A stretch of 64,000 bases of DNA from Eledone cirrhosa (taxonomy: Eukaryota), in the NCBI GenBank assembly GCA_964016885.1, contig OZ024740.1:62806001-62870000 (forward strand), read 5' to 3'. The notes under the pieces were generated by a model. The model did not search any database, was not told the origin of the DNA, and worked only from the letters and a program-made list of their open reading frames with translations. The position numbers and the translations under genes are program-made. Of the stretch, positions 1-12,911 are shown piece by piece; position 1 is the stretch's first letter; each line of letters opens with the position of its first letter.

Positions 1-261
1 TTTTTTTTTTTATATACATGCCTGTTTAAGTGTGTGGGAGAATGCATGAAGGTGTAAGTATGTGAGTGTGTGTGTGTGAGTGTGAGAAGATAAGTCTATT
101 CGTAAATGTGGGGATAGGTGTTATCTGGTGTTAGAACTGGTTTTGTGTGTGTATGTGTGAGAGAGAATAAGTGGAGGTGTAAGCGTGTGTGTGTATGGGG
201 TGTGTAAATATGGGGCTAGAAGCCCTATCAGGTTATAAATTGGGTGTTGAGTTCTAGTCTA

Positions 262-1675
262 TTATTGATAGGTGGTTGTGTTTTTGTCTATAATTAGTGC
301 TTCCTTAATTCTAAGACTGCCGAGGTTTCTTTCCTTAGTTTCTATCCTAACTGTTATGGTTTTGTCGGTGTTTTTGCATTTAACTAGGTGTTTCTTAAAT
401 GAGGAAGCGTTAGTATTGAGGTGTTCTTTTATTCTTATATGGAGTGGTCTGGTGGTGCTACCTACGTAGAAGTTGTTGCATTTGTCACACTCTAGTCTGT
501 ATACGACGTAAGCCTTGTGGCATAGGTCTGTGTCGTTGATGGGGCAGTTGGCTAGGCTGCAGCAGTTGTCATGTCTGGTGGAGTGTCTGTTGGCTAGCTG
601 TCCGCGCAGAGAAGGACCTGAGTGGGCCAGTTTGATATCTAGTCCTTCTCGTCTGATGGCTCTGCGGATGGCTGTTGTTGTTTCTTCACTGAAGTGTGGG
701 AGCTTCAGGAAGCAAGTGTTAGTGCCTCGAGTGTGGTGTCCTCTGTTCTTTCTGGCACGGTTTGTGGTGGATGTCGTGTATCCGTTCAGTTTGAGTACTT
801 CCAGGAAATGTGTGGTGTGTGTGTCTCTGTCTCTAGCGTCGGTGCATTTGTTCCGGATACGTGCCAGTTCGTTCCTTATGTATCCGAACTTGGCACCGAG
901 TGGGAGGGCCGATCTGAAATGTACAAACAGGTCCCTGCTGGCGGCTTTTTTATAGAAGCAGGTGTGGATGTTGCCTTCCTCTGTTACCCTGAGTTGGAAG
1001 TCCAGTAGGGATAGGGATCCGCGGTGATCGGGTTGTTCCATGCTGAACTTTATACTGGCGTCCATGCTGGAGAATGTTGTGTACATTTTATCTGCCTCCT
1101 CACGGGATGATGTGAGGATGAGTATGTCATCTACATATCGGGTGAAGAAGGCATGGGAATGGCAGGTGTTGAGGGCTCGGCATTCTAGCTGGTTCATGTA
1201 GGTGATGGCCAGCAGGCCCGATAGGCTGGATTCCATGGGTAATCCTGTTGTCTGTCTGTATGTGTGGTGGTGGAAGGTGAAGTACGTGTTGTCTACTGTG
1301 AAGGACAAAAGCTGGTGTATGTCCGTTGGGTGGAGGCCGTAGCAGTGGATGTCCTCTGCGACCACGCAGTCCGTCAATAAATCGACAGCTGGATGAGCGG
1401 GGACTGTAGTGTAGAGTGAGCCAACGTCGAGGCTAAAAGCGTATTTATTTAGTTTAAGTTGTTCTGGCTGGAGTTGGTGTAGTCTACGTATAACTTCGTC
1501 GGAGCTACTGACATGCCCGGGAAAGGTGGAGAGTAGAGGCTTGAGGACCTGGGAGAGGAGCCAGGAAATTTTGTATAGGGGTCCTTCTATGCTAGAGACG
1601 ATGGGTCTTATTTGCGTGTTAGTGCTATTCTTGTGGGTCTTGATGAGGTGGTAGAAAGTGGGCAGTCTGCTATTT
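262..1675 (-). pseudogene. Penelope-like element pol (RT + GIY-YIG endonuclease), 5'-truncated, frameshifted near 1378
   Basis: ORF 262-1377 has QTTGLPM..LS, RYVDD and VVYRLECDKC..FYVGSTTRPLHIRIKEH (GIY-YIG). Upstream 1380-1675 in another frame gives LPTFYHLIKTHK..IRPIVS..SLDVGSLYT (PLE RT motifs). Confidence 0.92.
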
Positions 1676-1691
1676 CTAGTCTGCTTATTTC

Positions 1692-1726
1692 CCTCTGAAG
1701 AAGAGATATTATCTCGAAAATTAAGG
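1692..1726 (+). ncRNA. Minimal type I hammerhead ribozyme in a probable inverted PLE pLTR
   Basis: cct-CTGAAGA-a-gagat(att)atctc-GAAA-at-TA-agg; opposite strand to the adjacent PLE ORF. Confidence 0.65.
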
Positions 1727-1844
1727 ACGTTTAAAATAAATCTAAGGTAAAAGACGAATTGTGAACAATATCTTTTGCAATTGCATTCTTCTTTTTTCTA
1801 TGTCCATACCTGCATTGTTTTGGCTTTATTATACATATTCAAAC

Positions 1845-1936
<92 letters not shown>

Positions 1937-1939
<3 letters not shown>

Positions 1940-2254
1940 AAAAAAAGAGAAAAGAACGACTTCACTTGACGTGTTAAAAAATTTTTGGATTTAATTATAT
2001 AATATTATAATATTATGAGTTGGTAGATCCATTCGCTTGTCTTTGGCGATTATTCAGTTTGACAATCGCCAAAGACAGACGAATGCAAGAAAGTTCTCCA
2101 ACCCAAGTTAACCAGGAAACTCTAGAATTCTTCCAACCGAAGTTAACGAAGAACTTACTGGATCTATCAACTCATAATATTATAATATTATAAAATTAAA
2201 TCCAAAAAATGTTTTAACACTACAAGTGAAGTCCCTCTTTTCCTTTTTTTCAAA
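1937..2254. mobile_element. Foldback copy of an unclassified (TA)n-embedded repeat family
   Basis: About 95-bp inverted arms (1937-2030 / 2159-2254). The same family occurs at 12953-13240 (-) and 18770-19052 (+). Confidence 0.65.
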
Positions 2255-2319
2255 TATACCTAAGTGTACCAAGGATCTCACGCATTTTCCAATATATATA
2301 TATATACTATATATACATG

Positions 2320-2408
<89 letters not shown>

Positions 2409-2531
2409 TGTATATATAATGTATTTTGCAATACACTTTATGCTTAATTAAAAGCATTTTGAAGACCGTAAGCTATTGTTTTAAATTAGTGACAAATTCA
2501 CTCACTTTGATCTCAGCAAACAGGGGAGATA

Positions 2532-2575
2532 AGCCGACAAGACTTGTTTCGCTTTGGTTGAAGCTTATCAAGGCC
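2532..2575 (-). ncRNA. Type I hammerhead ribozyme, U3:A8 variant (unit 1; also 2848-2891, 3164-3207, 3481-3524, 3797-3840, 4113-4156)
   Basis: Reverse complement reads ggcc-TTGATAA-gctt(caacca)aagc-GAAA-caag(t)cttg-TC-ggct. Stem I is extended by a 17-bp perfect IR, 2508-2524/2586-2602. Confidence 0.82.
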
Positions 2576-4281
2576 AACTACCCCACCTGTTTGCTGAGAT
2601 CATTGATGTTATATTCTTATAGAAATCTAGTAAATAATCAGGAGCTGATTATGCAGAGCGGTTGTTGGTCAGGCAGAAATTAAAAATTAGAATTGGAGCT
2701 CTGAAATAGCAATATATATATGGATGTATATATAATGTATTTTGCAATACACTTTATGCTTAATTAAAAGCATTTTGAAGACCGTAAGCTATTGTTTTAA
2801 AATAGAGACAAATTCACTCACTTTGATCTCAGAAAACAGGGGAGATAAGCCGACAAGACTTGTTTCGCTTTGGTTGAAGCTTATCAAGGCCAACTACCCC
2901 ACCTGTTTGCTGAGATCATTGATGTTATATTCTTATAGAAATCTAGTAAATAATCAGGAGTTGATTATGCAGAGCGGTTGTTGGTCAGGCAGAAATTAAA
3001 AATTAGAATTGGAGCTCTGAAATAGCAATATATATATGGATGTATATATAATGTATTTTGCAATACACTTTATGCTTAATTAAAAGCATTTTGAAGACCG
3101 TAAGCTATTGTTTTAAAGTAGTGACAAATTCACTCACTTTGATCTCAGCAAACAGGGGAGATAAGCCGACAAGTCTTGTTTCGCATTGGTTGAAGCTTAT
3201 CAAGGCCAACTACCCCCACCTGTTTGCTGAGATCATTGATGTTATATTCTTATAGAAATCTAGTAAATAATCAGGAGCTGATTATGCAGAGCGGTTGTTG
3301 GTCAGGCAGAAATTAAAAATTAGAATTGGAGCTCTGAAATAGCAATATATATATGGATGTATATATAATGTATTTTGCAATACACTTTATGCTTAATTAA
3401 AAGCATTTTGAAGACCGTAAGCTATTGTTTTAAAATAGAGACAAATTCACTCACTTTGATCTCAGCAAACAGGGGAGATAAGCCGACAAGACTTGTTTCG
3501 CTTTGGTTGAAGCTTATCAAGGCCAACTACCCCACCTGTTTGCTGAGATCATTGACGTTATATTCTTATAGAAATCTAGTAAATAATCAGGAGCTGATTA
3601 TGCAGAGCGGTTGTTGGTCGGGCAGAAATTAAAAATTAGAATTGGAGCTCTGAAATAGCAATATATATATGGATGTATATATAATGTATTTTGCAATACA
3701 CTTTATGCTTAATTAAAAGCATTTTGAAGACCGTAAGCTATTGTTTTAAAGTAGTGACAAATTCACTCACTTTGATCTCAGCAAACAGGGGAGATAAGCC
3801 GACAAGACTTGTTTCGCTTTGGTTGAAGCTTATCAAGGCCAACTACCCCACCTGTTTGCTGAGATCATTGATGTTATATTCTTATAGAAATCTAGTAAAT
3901 AATCAGGAGTTGATTATGCAGAGCGGTTGTTGGTCAGGCAGAAATTAAAAATTAGAATTGGAGCTCTGAAATAGCAATATATATATGGATGTATATATAA
4001 TGTATTTTGCAATACACTTTATGCTTAATTAAAAGCATTTTGAAGACCGTAAGCTATTGTTTTAAAGTAGTGACAAATTCACTCATTTTGATCTCAACAA
4101 ACAGGGGAGATAAGCCGACAAGACTTGTTTCGCTTTGGTTGAAGCTTATCAAGGCCAACTACCCCACCTATTTTTAATTTCTGCCTGACCAACAACCGCT
4201 CTGCATAATCAGCTCCTGATTATTTACTAGATTTCTATAAGAATATAACATCAATGATCTCAGCAAACAGGTGGGGTAGTT

Positions 4282-4325
4282 GGCCTTGATAAGCTTCAAC
4301 CAAAGCGAAACAAGTCTTGTCGGCT
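4282..4325 (+). ncRNA. Type I hammerhead ribozyme, U3:A8 variant (inverted unit); predicted GUC cleavage after 4321
   Basis: ggcc TTGATAA gctt caacca aagc GAAA caag t cttg TC ggct, read directly on the + strand. Confidence 0.85.
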
Positions 4326-4480
4326 TATCTCCCCTGTTTGCTGAGATCAAAGTGAGTGAATTTGTCACTAATTTAAAACAATAGCTTACGGTCTTCAAAA
4401 TGCTTTTAATTAAGCATAAAGTGTATTGCAAAATATATTATATATACATCTATATATATATTGCTATTTCAGAGGTCCAA

Positions 4481-4540
<60 letters not shown>

Positions 4541-4546
<6 letters not shown>

Positions 4547-4559
4547 CTAGAAATTGATT

Positions 4560-4612
<53 letters not shown>

Positions 4613-5287
4613 AACATATGAAACAATCACAGGGAATAATTTGTGAAACTGTGTAAGCACACATAGCTAGGTAGGTAACTAATTAAAGTTTAACTGGAAC
4701 TTCAAAAATAGATACCTTCTAAATTGAATAATCTTCCTTGCATATATTTCATTAAAGAAATCTATTTCACCATTAATCGATCGGTAAACCACAGTAGCCA
4801 AAACCATCGGATTTTCAACAAGGGAGAAGATCTAACTATCTGTGTTTACAAAGCAAATTCATATCTGCGAATGATTAGCAGCACGTGTTGCATTTTTTAA
4901 AAATACACACATCGTACCAGCTTCATCCCAGTGGCGTGAATAGGGTCATCGACAACTAGAAATAGCAGCCGAGTCCTTTCAAATGAGTTAGCTCTACAAT
5001 TTACTGTGTAAATACAGATAGTTAGATCTTCTCGTTTATTGAAAATCAGCGTATTTGGCTACTGTGGTTTACCGATCGATTAATGGTGAAATATATTTCT
5101 TTAATGAAATATATACAAGGAAGATTAATCAATTTATAAGGTATCTATTTTTTAAGTTTTAGTTAAACTTTAATTAGTTACCTACCTAGTTATGTGTGCT
5201 TACACACTTTTACACATTACTCCCTGTGATTGTTTCATATGTTTATTTTAGATATATATATATATGTCAAACAATTTATAGTTAATA
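4541..5287. mobile_element. Foldback/MITE-like element with about 300-bp diverged inverted arms
   Basis: 4541-4859 is the imperfect reverse complement of 4998-5287, with a spacer of about 140 bp; non-coding. Confidence 0.7.
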
Positions 5288-5380
5288 TAAAATGCTCGGA
5301 TCTATTCATTGGAATCTTGGAGCATATTCTACAGTGGATATGGCGCATGTCCCTCCGACATGACACCCTTAATTTAATTT

Positions 5381-5493
<113 letters not shown>

Positions 5494-5630
5494 ACTAGAC
5501 GATTTCATTAGGTGTTAGCTGCGAATTATCTAGTAGGATTACGTTGAACCCATATTTTTTATTTTCTATTTCGGTTCAACGTTATGTTGTTATATAATTC
5601 CGCAGATAATATCTGATGAAATCGTCTAGT
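5494..5630. repeat. 137-bp imperfect palindrome (small MITE-like)
   Basis: actagacgatttcat...cgttgaacc / ggttcaacg...atgaaatcgtctagt. Confidence 0.6.
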
Positions 5631-5868
5631 CTTGCATCATAATCGGATGATAGGGCTGGGCCATCGAAATATATATAGTGCTTTCGCGGAATTAAAATTC
5701 TAAAGTAAATTTGCAGTCCGGTCTTCTGTTCATGTTTTAATGAATACTTAACTCCACTCCTGCACCAGGCACGGCATACCACGAAGGATGATTTGCATAA
5801 CGTTGAATGCTTTAATTAATTTATTGCATGATCAGCCTAACATAAATGGTATATATATATATATATAC

Positions 5869-5924
<56 letters not shown>

Positions 5925-5929
<5 letters not shown>

Positions 5930-6068
5930 TATGACCCCGACGGCAGAGCTCAAGCCGTTTCGACCCGTCGGGGTCATACTTTTTCCTATTTCCCACTCTA
6001 CTACCCTAAGTATTGAATACTCTGGCGCGTTATGGTCCATCTGGTTCTTTACCACAATTCCTTTGTTA
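5925..6068 (+). mobile_element. Short foldback repeat (half-hammerhead family), copy 1
   Basis: Hairpin head plus conserved tail ...ctactaccctaagtattgaatactc...atggtccatctggttc...; (TA)n flanks; same family at 19069, 30739, 58738, 59568. Confidence 0.7.
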
Positions 6069-6087
6069 TATATATATATATATAAAA

Positions 6088-6269
6088 TTGTTTCTACTTT
6101 TGGCAGAAGGCCAGCAATTACTCAGTACATTACTGGTACTTTATTTTATCGACCCCGTAAGGATGAGAAGTAAAGTTAACCCCGACGGGATTTGAACACA
6201 GACCGTAAAGGGACGTAACTATGCTTGAAAGCATGGCGTCCGACCCTCTACCGATACTGCCAATTAACC
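6088..6269 (-). mobile_element. tRNA-derived SINE
   Basis: On the - strand: A-box-like tggcagtatcgg, B box gttcaaatccc, core catccttacggggtcgataaaataaagtaccag; multiple copies in the window. Confidence 0.8.
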
Positions 6270-6616
6270 ATATAATAACATTAAGAAAGATGCTGTTGTA
6301 ACATAAATAATTTATTCATAATAATTATTCAACGGTTCTCCCATGCAATCCAAGATTTAATTCATGCATTTGTTGTTATGAGAACGGTGTCTTCAGATTA
6401 AATTGGATTTTGTCATATGCCGCGGTAGAAAAAAAAAACACGTCTTTATGTTCATGCGCCCGGCAGACATATAGGTTCCTAAAAGGGTCTTTCTCAGCTG
6501 TCGTGTTTACTGGAGTAATTGACACATGGATAGCAATTGGATTTTATTTTAATGTTATTAGTATACTGATGTTATTATTATACTGATGTTATTATTATAC
6601 TGATGTTATTATTATA

Positions 6617-6733
6617 CTGAGTTCAAATCCCGCCGAGGTAGAATTTGCCTTTCATCCTTACGGGGTCGATAAAATAAAGTACCAGTAATGCACTGGGTAA
6701 TTGCTGGCCTTGTGCCTAAAGTAGACAAAATTA
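6617..6733 (+). mobile_element. SINE, 5'-truncated, preceded by four copies of a 17-bp tandem repeat (6553-6620)
   Basis: gagttcaaatcccgccgagg...catccttacggggtcgataaaataaagtaccag...ccttgtgcctaaagtaga. Confidence 0.8.
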
Positions 6734-6759
6734 TAGCTGGATCCCCAAGCGAAACCAGC

Positions 6760-7390
6760 CAAGCTGATGAATGTTATTCAACTATCTTGCTCGGGGTCTA
6801 CCCCTGGTCTCCTGTCGGTTGGTTTTTCCCGTAAAATCTGTCCAGCGATTCTTTCCTGAGTCATTCTAACCACATGCCCGAGAAGTAGCGGTTCTACCTG
6901 GAAGACTCTCTTGATCCGAGCTACGCACACTATCGAGTAATATTACCCCCAAAATCCTTCGTAGGAACTCCATTTCGTCCGCTTGTATTTGCGATCGTAT
7001 TCTTTTGGTCATTACATAAAATTCATGGCTATAGGTAAGGGTTGGCATGAATACCGAGTTTAGCTTTTACGCCTACCTCCTTTCTTCTGATTACCGAATG
7101 CAGAAGCTGGCACATTACTGCACCAGCTCCGGCAATTCTTGAACTTAATTCAGCCTCCTGCTTTTCACCATTCGGGAAGGAACACGACATACTTAAACTT
7201 TTCCACCTGCTTCAGTGGAACTCCATTCACATGTAGAGTGCACTGCGCAGGCTTTCTTGAGAGGACGAGTGTCTCAGTTTTCGCAATACTGATTTTCATT
7301 CAAGCCATGCAGCACTCACCACCAAACCTATTCTGTGCAAGTCGGAGATCACCTTCTGTCGAGTTAAGTAACACCATCTTGTTAGCAAAT
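6760..7390 (-). pseudogene. RTE-clade LINE ORF, degraded C-terminal fragment
   Basis: PTLTYSHEFYVMTKRIRSQIQADEMEFLRRILGV..LDSVRS, typical of the RTE post-RT region; frameshifted. Confidence 0.75.
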
Positions 7391-7575
7391 TCTATATATA
7401 TGAGCTTGCTCTTCTCCAAGTCATTGTTTATGTCATTTATATTACATCTACAAAGGTACAATACTTGATGATACTTTATTATATTCAATACCCCCCCCCC
7501 CACCACCACATATATATATGTATAAGGAATTGTTACACACACACACTCACACACGCACCCACACACACACACACA

Positions 7576-7659
<84 letters not shown>

Positions 7660-7962
7660 CTGTATATATATATATATATTTACGATGAGTTTCCAAATAG
7701 TTTTCGTCTCCCAAATTTCACATTTGTTAACCCGAGGTTAAAGCAGAAGACACTTGCTCGAAATCCATAGTTTTAATTAAGTTTTAATTAATTAAGCATT
7801 CTTTACTTACTGCACCTCATTGAGCGCTCTGAGTTCGAATCTTTCTGGGCTCAACTTTGCCTGTCATCCTTTCGAGGTCAGGTCGATAAAAAAAAGTACC
7901 AGTACTGTGGTCGATTATTCCTCTATAGAAAAGCTGTTATAAGATCGTTTCTTACCATCCAT

Positions 7963-7964
<2 letters not shown>

Positions 7965-8036
<72 letters not shown>

Positions 8037-8236
8037 ACACACACACTCTCACACACACACGCGCACACACGCACACACACACGCACACGCGCACGCACAC
8101 ACACACACACACACACGCACACACACACACACACACACACTCACACACACACACACACTCTCACACACACACGCACACACACGCACACACACACGCACAC
8201 GCACACGCACACGCGCACGCACACACACACACACAC

Positions 8237-8278
<42 letters not shown>

Positions 8279-8353
8279 ACACACACACACTCTCACACAC
8301 ACACGCACACACACGCACACACACACGCACACGCACACGTACACGCACACGCG

Positions 8354-8440
<87 letters not shown>
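7965..8440. repeat. Compound (CA)n/(CG) microsatellite, about 475 bp
   Basis: Direct reading. Confidence 0.95.
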
Positions 8441-8451
<11 letters not shown>

Positions 8452-8454
8452 AAA

Positions 8455-8612
8455 CTGCGTATTGGCAGAGTGGTTAAGACGTTGGATAGAATGCTTTACG
8501 GTATTCGTCCCACCTCATTGCGTACTCTGAGTTCAAATCCCACCGTGGTCAACTTTGCCTTTCATCTTTTCAAGGTTGATAGAAAAAGTATCAGTTCAGG
8601 ACTGGGGTCGAT
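8455..8612 (+). mobile_element. tRNA-derived SINE (related subfamily; partial copy also at 7828-7910)
   Basis: tggcagagtggtta (A box), gagttcaaatccc (B box), aactttgcctttcatc core. Confidence 0.7.
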
Positions 8613-9816
8613 TCTTTCTCTAGAAAAAAATCGACTGTGTTCAGACCTAGAGAGGGTTGGGGTCCGCCAGGTTTAAAAGTGCCCTGGACACGCCGTATGA
8701 AGGTACCTCTACGACTCCCAAGGAGTTATGTGATCTTTATCCTTATCCAACTTACTGCACTAGGATAGCACTGACTTTATCATTTATAACAATACTCACA
8801 GAATTTAAAATAGAAAACAAAAATCTAACCTACGTTTATGGACTATTTCTAACAACATAACTGACAATAGTTCAGAAACATTGTGGAGTGGCACCCTTGT
8901 GTGCGGTGAAAAATATATTAAAAATACTTTTTAAATATGAAAAATATACTAAAATTCTAAATTTAGTCTTTTTTCACTCACTAATATTAATTGTAGAGGG
9001 TGACAGCGAGAGAAAAAGAGGGGCGGAAGAGAAAAATAAACAGCTAGATAGAAAGAGTGACAGAAAGAGAGAAAGAAAGAATTCATTGTATTGAAAAGGA
9101 AATGAGCGTATTTTTATCTCAAATAAATCCAAACATGGAAAACGTGCTGAAGATACGAAGCTCATGTTTATCAATGATATCTATGTTTCAATTATGGAAC
9201 AAACATGTACTTAATATTCTGTAGTTTAAAAGATTTATATTTATAGACTAAAATATAGAGATACCATGTTAAATACATGTCTTTTTTTTGTATTTTTTTT
9301 TCACTTAATGAACGAAAGGAGTACGAAAAAATATTTGTTTCACATCTAAACTGCGTGACTTGAGAACAGCTTTATTTGAGTGCTTTACCGAACAGCAAAG
9401 ATTTCGTTTTGTAATGATACGGTTTACTGTTGGATCTCAATCCACGACACTTTATTCAAATCTATATACTATATCCTCGAGTCACCCCATATTTTACGAT
9501 AGAAATTAAATAGATAGGATATGTGAAAGACGATTTTATAGACATTACCTACAATTCAAAAACCCAGTCAGTCTGTATTTTATGCTTGGTGTAGATGACG
9601 ATTACAAGTGCATGAAGAATATTCGGTAACTTACTAATATGATATAACAAATAGATAGCCCCACAGAGCAACAATGCGAATATTCATCGTTTAAATCGAC
9701 AGATGTTCCATTTAAAACTAGTAATACGAAATAACAAGGGAGCCTCAACATAGTCGATTCCTGTACACGAGGCTTCTATAATCTCACTGTATTCTTTAGT
9801 TTGTTCTAGCTATTGG

Positions 9817-9891
<75 letters not shown>

Positions 9892-9894
<3 letters not shown>

Positions 9895-10000
9895 TGGCGG
9901 ACTGGCCAGGATGCCAGGTTGCCCAATGGCAAGTGGGCCCCAGGGGTCCCACGGTAGCATTGCAAGAACCCACAGCAGCATTGCAAGGCCCGCTGTAGTG
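9892..10000. mobile_element. Possible end of a hAT-like DNA transposon/MITE
   Basis: Begins cagtggcggactggcc...gggcccc next to (TA)n, resembling hAT TIR/subterminal motifs; the other end was not found. Confidence 0.3.
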
Positions 10001-10100
10001 TTTTAGGGACCAATGCTTTGCTTTCAAAAATACCTGAAATCTAAGAGAACAAATAAAATGTTTAAAAAAAATAAATAACACAATCAAGCAAAACATTTGT

Positions 10101-10625
<525 letters not shown>

Positions 10626-10629
10626 CACA

Positions 10630-10860
10630 ATGCGTGAAGGTGCATAGCTTAGTGGCTAGAGCATCGTGGTTACAATCGAGAAGTCGTAAATTCGATTTCC
10701 CGATCGTGCTGCGTATTGGTTCTTCAGCAAAAGAGTTTATTTCACGTTGTTCTAGTTAACTCAAGTAGTTGCGACATCACTGTTAATCTGTAACGGCTTT
10801 TACCTTTTCCTTGGACGACATCTGTGGCGTAGAGACGGGTATCCCATGATTATTCGTAAT
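10630..10860 (+). mobile_element. Degenerate tRNA-derived SINE (different family)
   Basis: tagcttagtggctagagc (A-box-like) and ttcgatttcc (B-box-like) without a full cloverleaf. Confidence 0.45.
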
Positions 10861-11057
10861 CGAAGCGACGGGAAGGGGGTCTTTATTTATGCACAGGGTC
10901 GAATGATTGAACAGGTTTTCTTTCAAATGTCTAATATTCAAAATATGACGTTGCTCAAGTCTTATGTTTTATTAAGGATTTTTCATATTCTTTATTTTTT
11001 ATTAATTCAGTTAATGTTTCGCATTCTTCACAATTCTTCAAAATAGCATTTCAGTGA

Positions 11058-11577
11058 TTGGGAATCACCGTAGAAGTACTAGCATATATGAAGGAACTGA
11101 ACCTCTACTCCTTGGAGCGAAGACGGGAGAGATACGCAGTGATCTACATGTGGAAAATCCTGGAGGGACTAGCACCAAACTTTGGCATTGGGAGCTGGAC
11201 CAACCGTCGAACAGGACGTCACTGTGTGGTGCCAAAGGTCCCGTCTTCCACATCTAGAATAAGGAGCAGGTATTGCAATAGCCTGGGATTCAAGGGCCCT
11301 CAACTCTTCAACAGGCTGCCGAGGCATCTGCGAGACTTGCATGACGTGGAGGTGGATGTCTTTAAGAAACATCTCGACACCTTGTTATCCAGGATCCCGG
11401 ATGAGCCCACAGCAAGACACGAGGGAAACCTAAGGGCAGCAGCAACAAACTCCCTCCTACACCAGTGGCCAACCTATACAGGCTGGAGATAAAATGTGTA
11501 GCAACAAGGGCGGTGCCCCAGCATGGCCTCAGCCGGATGGCTGAAACAGGTAAAAGAGTAAAAGAGTAAAAGAGTAA
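11058..11577 (+). mobile_element. CR1-group LINE 3' fragment with (aaagagta)n tail
   Basis: LNLYSLERRRERY..YMWKILEGLAPN...GPQLFNRLP..LR...FKKHLD..L..IPDEP; short 3' UTR then an octamer tail at 11551-11577. Confidence 0.85.
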
Positions 11578-11732
11578 TATATATATACGATATTAACAAA
11601 TGGAAACTATATTTATAAAACCATATCTATTTTATTATACATATTTCAAGGATACCATGTTAAATTATGGTATGCTTTCATCAGACAAAATACAATATAT
11701 ACCAGTTTTATAAATAAATATTGACATACCCT

Positions 11733-11790
<58 letters not shown>

Positions 11791-11797
<7 letters not shown>

Positions 11798-12911
11798 CCG
11801 GTTGGTGCGAGCAACGGTTAAAGAAAGTCATTAGGACGCGTAAATAAGGGGAACGAGCGAGACTGTAAACAATCAAAGATGGTAATGCAACGAAAGGTGA
11901 GGAAGAAAGAGTCAAGTCCCAGATTTCTGTGAATATAAGTTCGGTGAAATAGTGAACGAGAGAGAATAAAGACCATCAAACCTAGTCGAAATGTGAGCAA
12001 GGAAGGAATTCCGCACAAGTCAAACGGGAGGAAGAAGGAGTCTAGTCTGTGAATTCGGTGAACATAAGTTCTGTGAAATCGTAGACAAGAGAGAAAAAAG
12101 GAACAACCAGCCTGGTCAAGCGTGCGCGAGAAAAGAATTACGCACAGGTCAAACGGGAGGAAGTAGGAGAGGTAGTAGCAGAGAGTGAGTGAGTGAGTGA
12201 AGGGTGAGGAAGAGGCTGACAGAGAGAGTGACTGTTAGAGAGGGTAAAGGGAGGTGAAAGATACAGAGCAAGAGGAAGTAGTAAGAACGAAATAGACGGG
12301 TCACAGCGGAGGAAAATATGTGTGAATATGAAAACAAACGTGCTGCGTGGTTGCAATGGGTTACATATGAATAAAGTTAGTCCTTCATCAGTGATCTTCC
12401 AACCTTCATTGGTATTTCATCGCTTTAAAGACCATATACCTCCGGTTGGTGCGAGCAACGGCTAAAGAAAGTCGTTGGGACACGTAAATAAGGGGAACGA
12501 GCGAGAGTGTAAACAATCAAAGATGGTTGCTCGCACCAACCGGAGGTTTATGGTCTTTAAAGCGATGAAATACCAATGAAGGTTGGAAGATCACTGATGA
12601 AGGACTAACTTTATTCATATGTAACCCATTGCAACCACGCAGCACGTTTGTTTTCATATTCACACATATTTTCCTCCGCTGTGACCAGTCTATTTCGTTC
12701 TTACTGCTTCCTCTTGCTCTGTATCTTTCACCTCCCTTTACCCTCTCTAACAGTCACTCTCTCTGTCAGCCTCTTCCTCACCCTTCACTGACTCACTCAA
12801 CTGGAGGTATGTGGTCTTTAAAGCGATGAAATACCAATGAAGGTTGGAAGATCACTGATGAAGGACTAACTTTATTCATATGTAACCCATTTGCAACCAC
12901 GCAGCACGTTT

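Larger units (their letters stand above)
2400..4486 (-). mobile_element. 316-bp tandem array with hammerhead ribozymes (putative non-LTR retrozyme): 5.6 head-to-tail units plus one inverted unit
   Basis: Unit marker ttgcaatacac at 2426, 2742, 3058, 3375, 3691, 4007. Orientation switches at about 4170. (TA)n on both flanks; each unit contains an HHR. Confidence 0.85.

Noticed and set aside
2400-4170. CRISPR-like array
   Set aside because: Units are near-identical throughout with no unique spacers; eukaryotic context; no cas genes.
2426-4431. Repeated 85-aa ORFs (MQYTLCLIKS...) as a tandem peptide gene family
   Set aside because: They start at TTG, lie antisense to the ribozyme, are frameshifted in unit 3 and are not evidently preserved in the diverged relative at 10.1 kb.
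5611-5625. ctgatgaaa as a hammerhead core
   Set aside because: No stem II or stem III; it is part of a palindrome arm.
10630-10710. tRNA gene
   Set aside because: Only degenerate A/B boxes, no acceptor stem; better explained as a SINE head.
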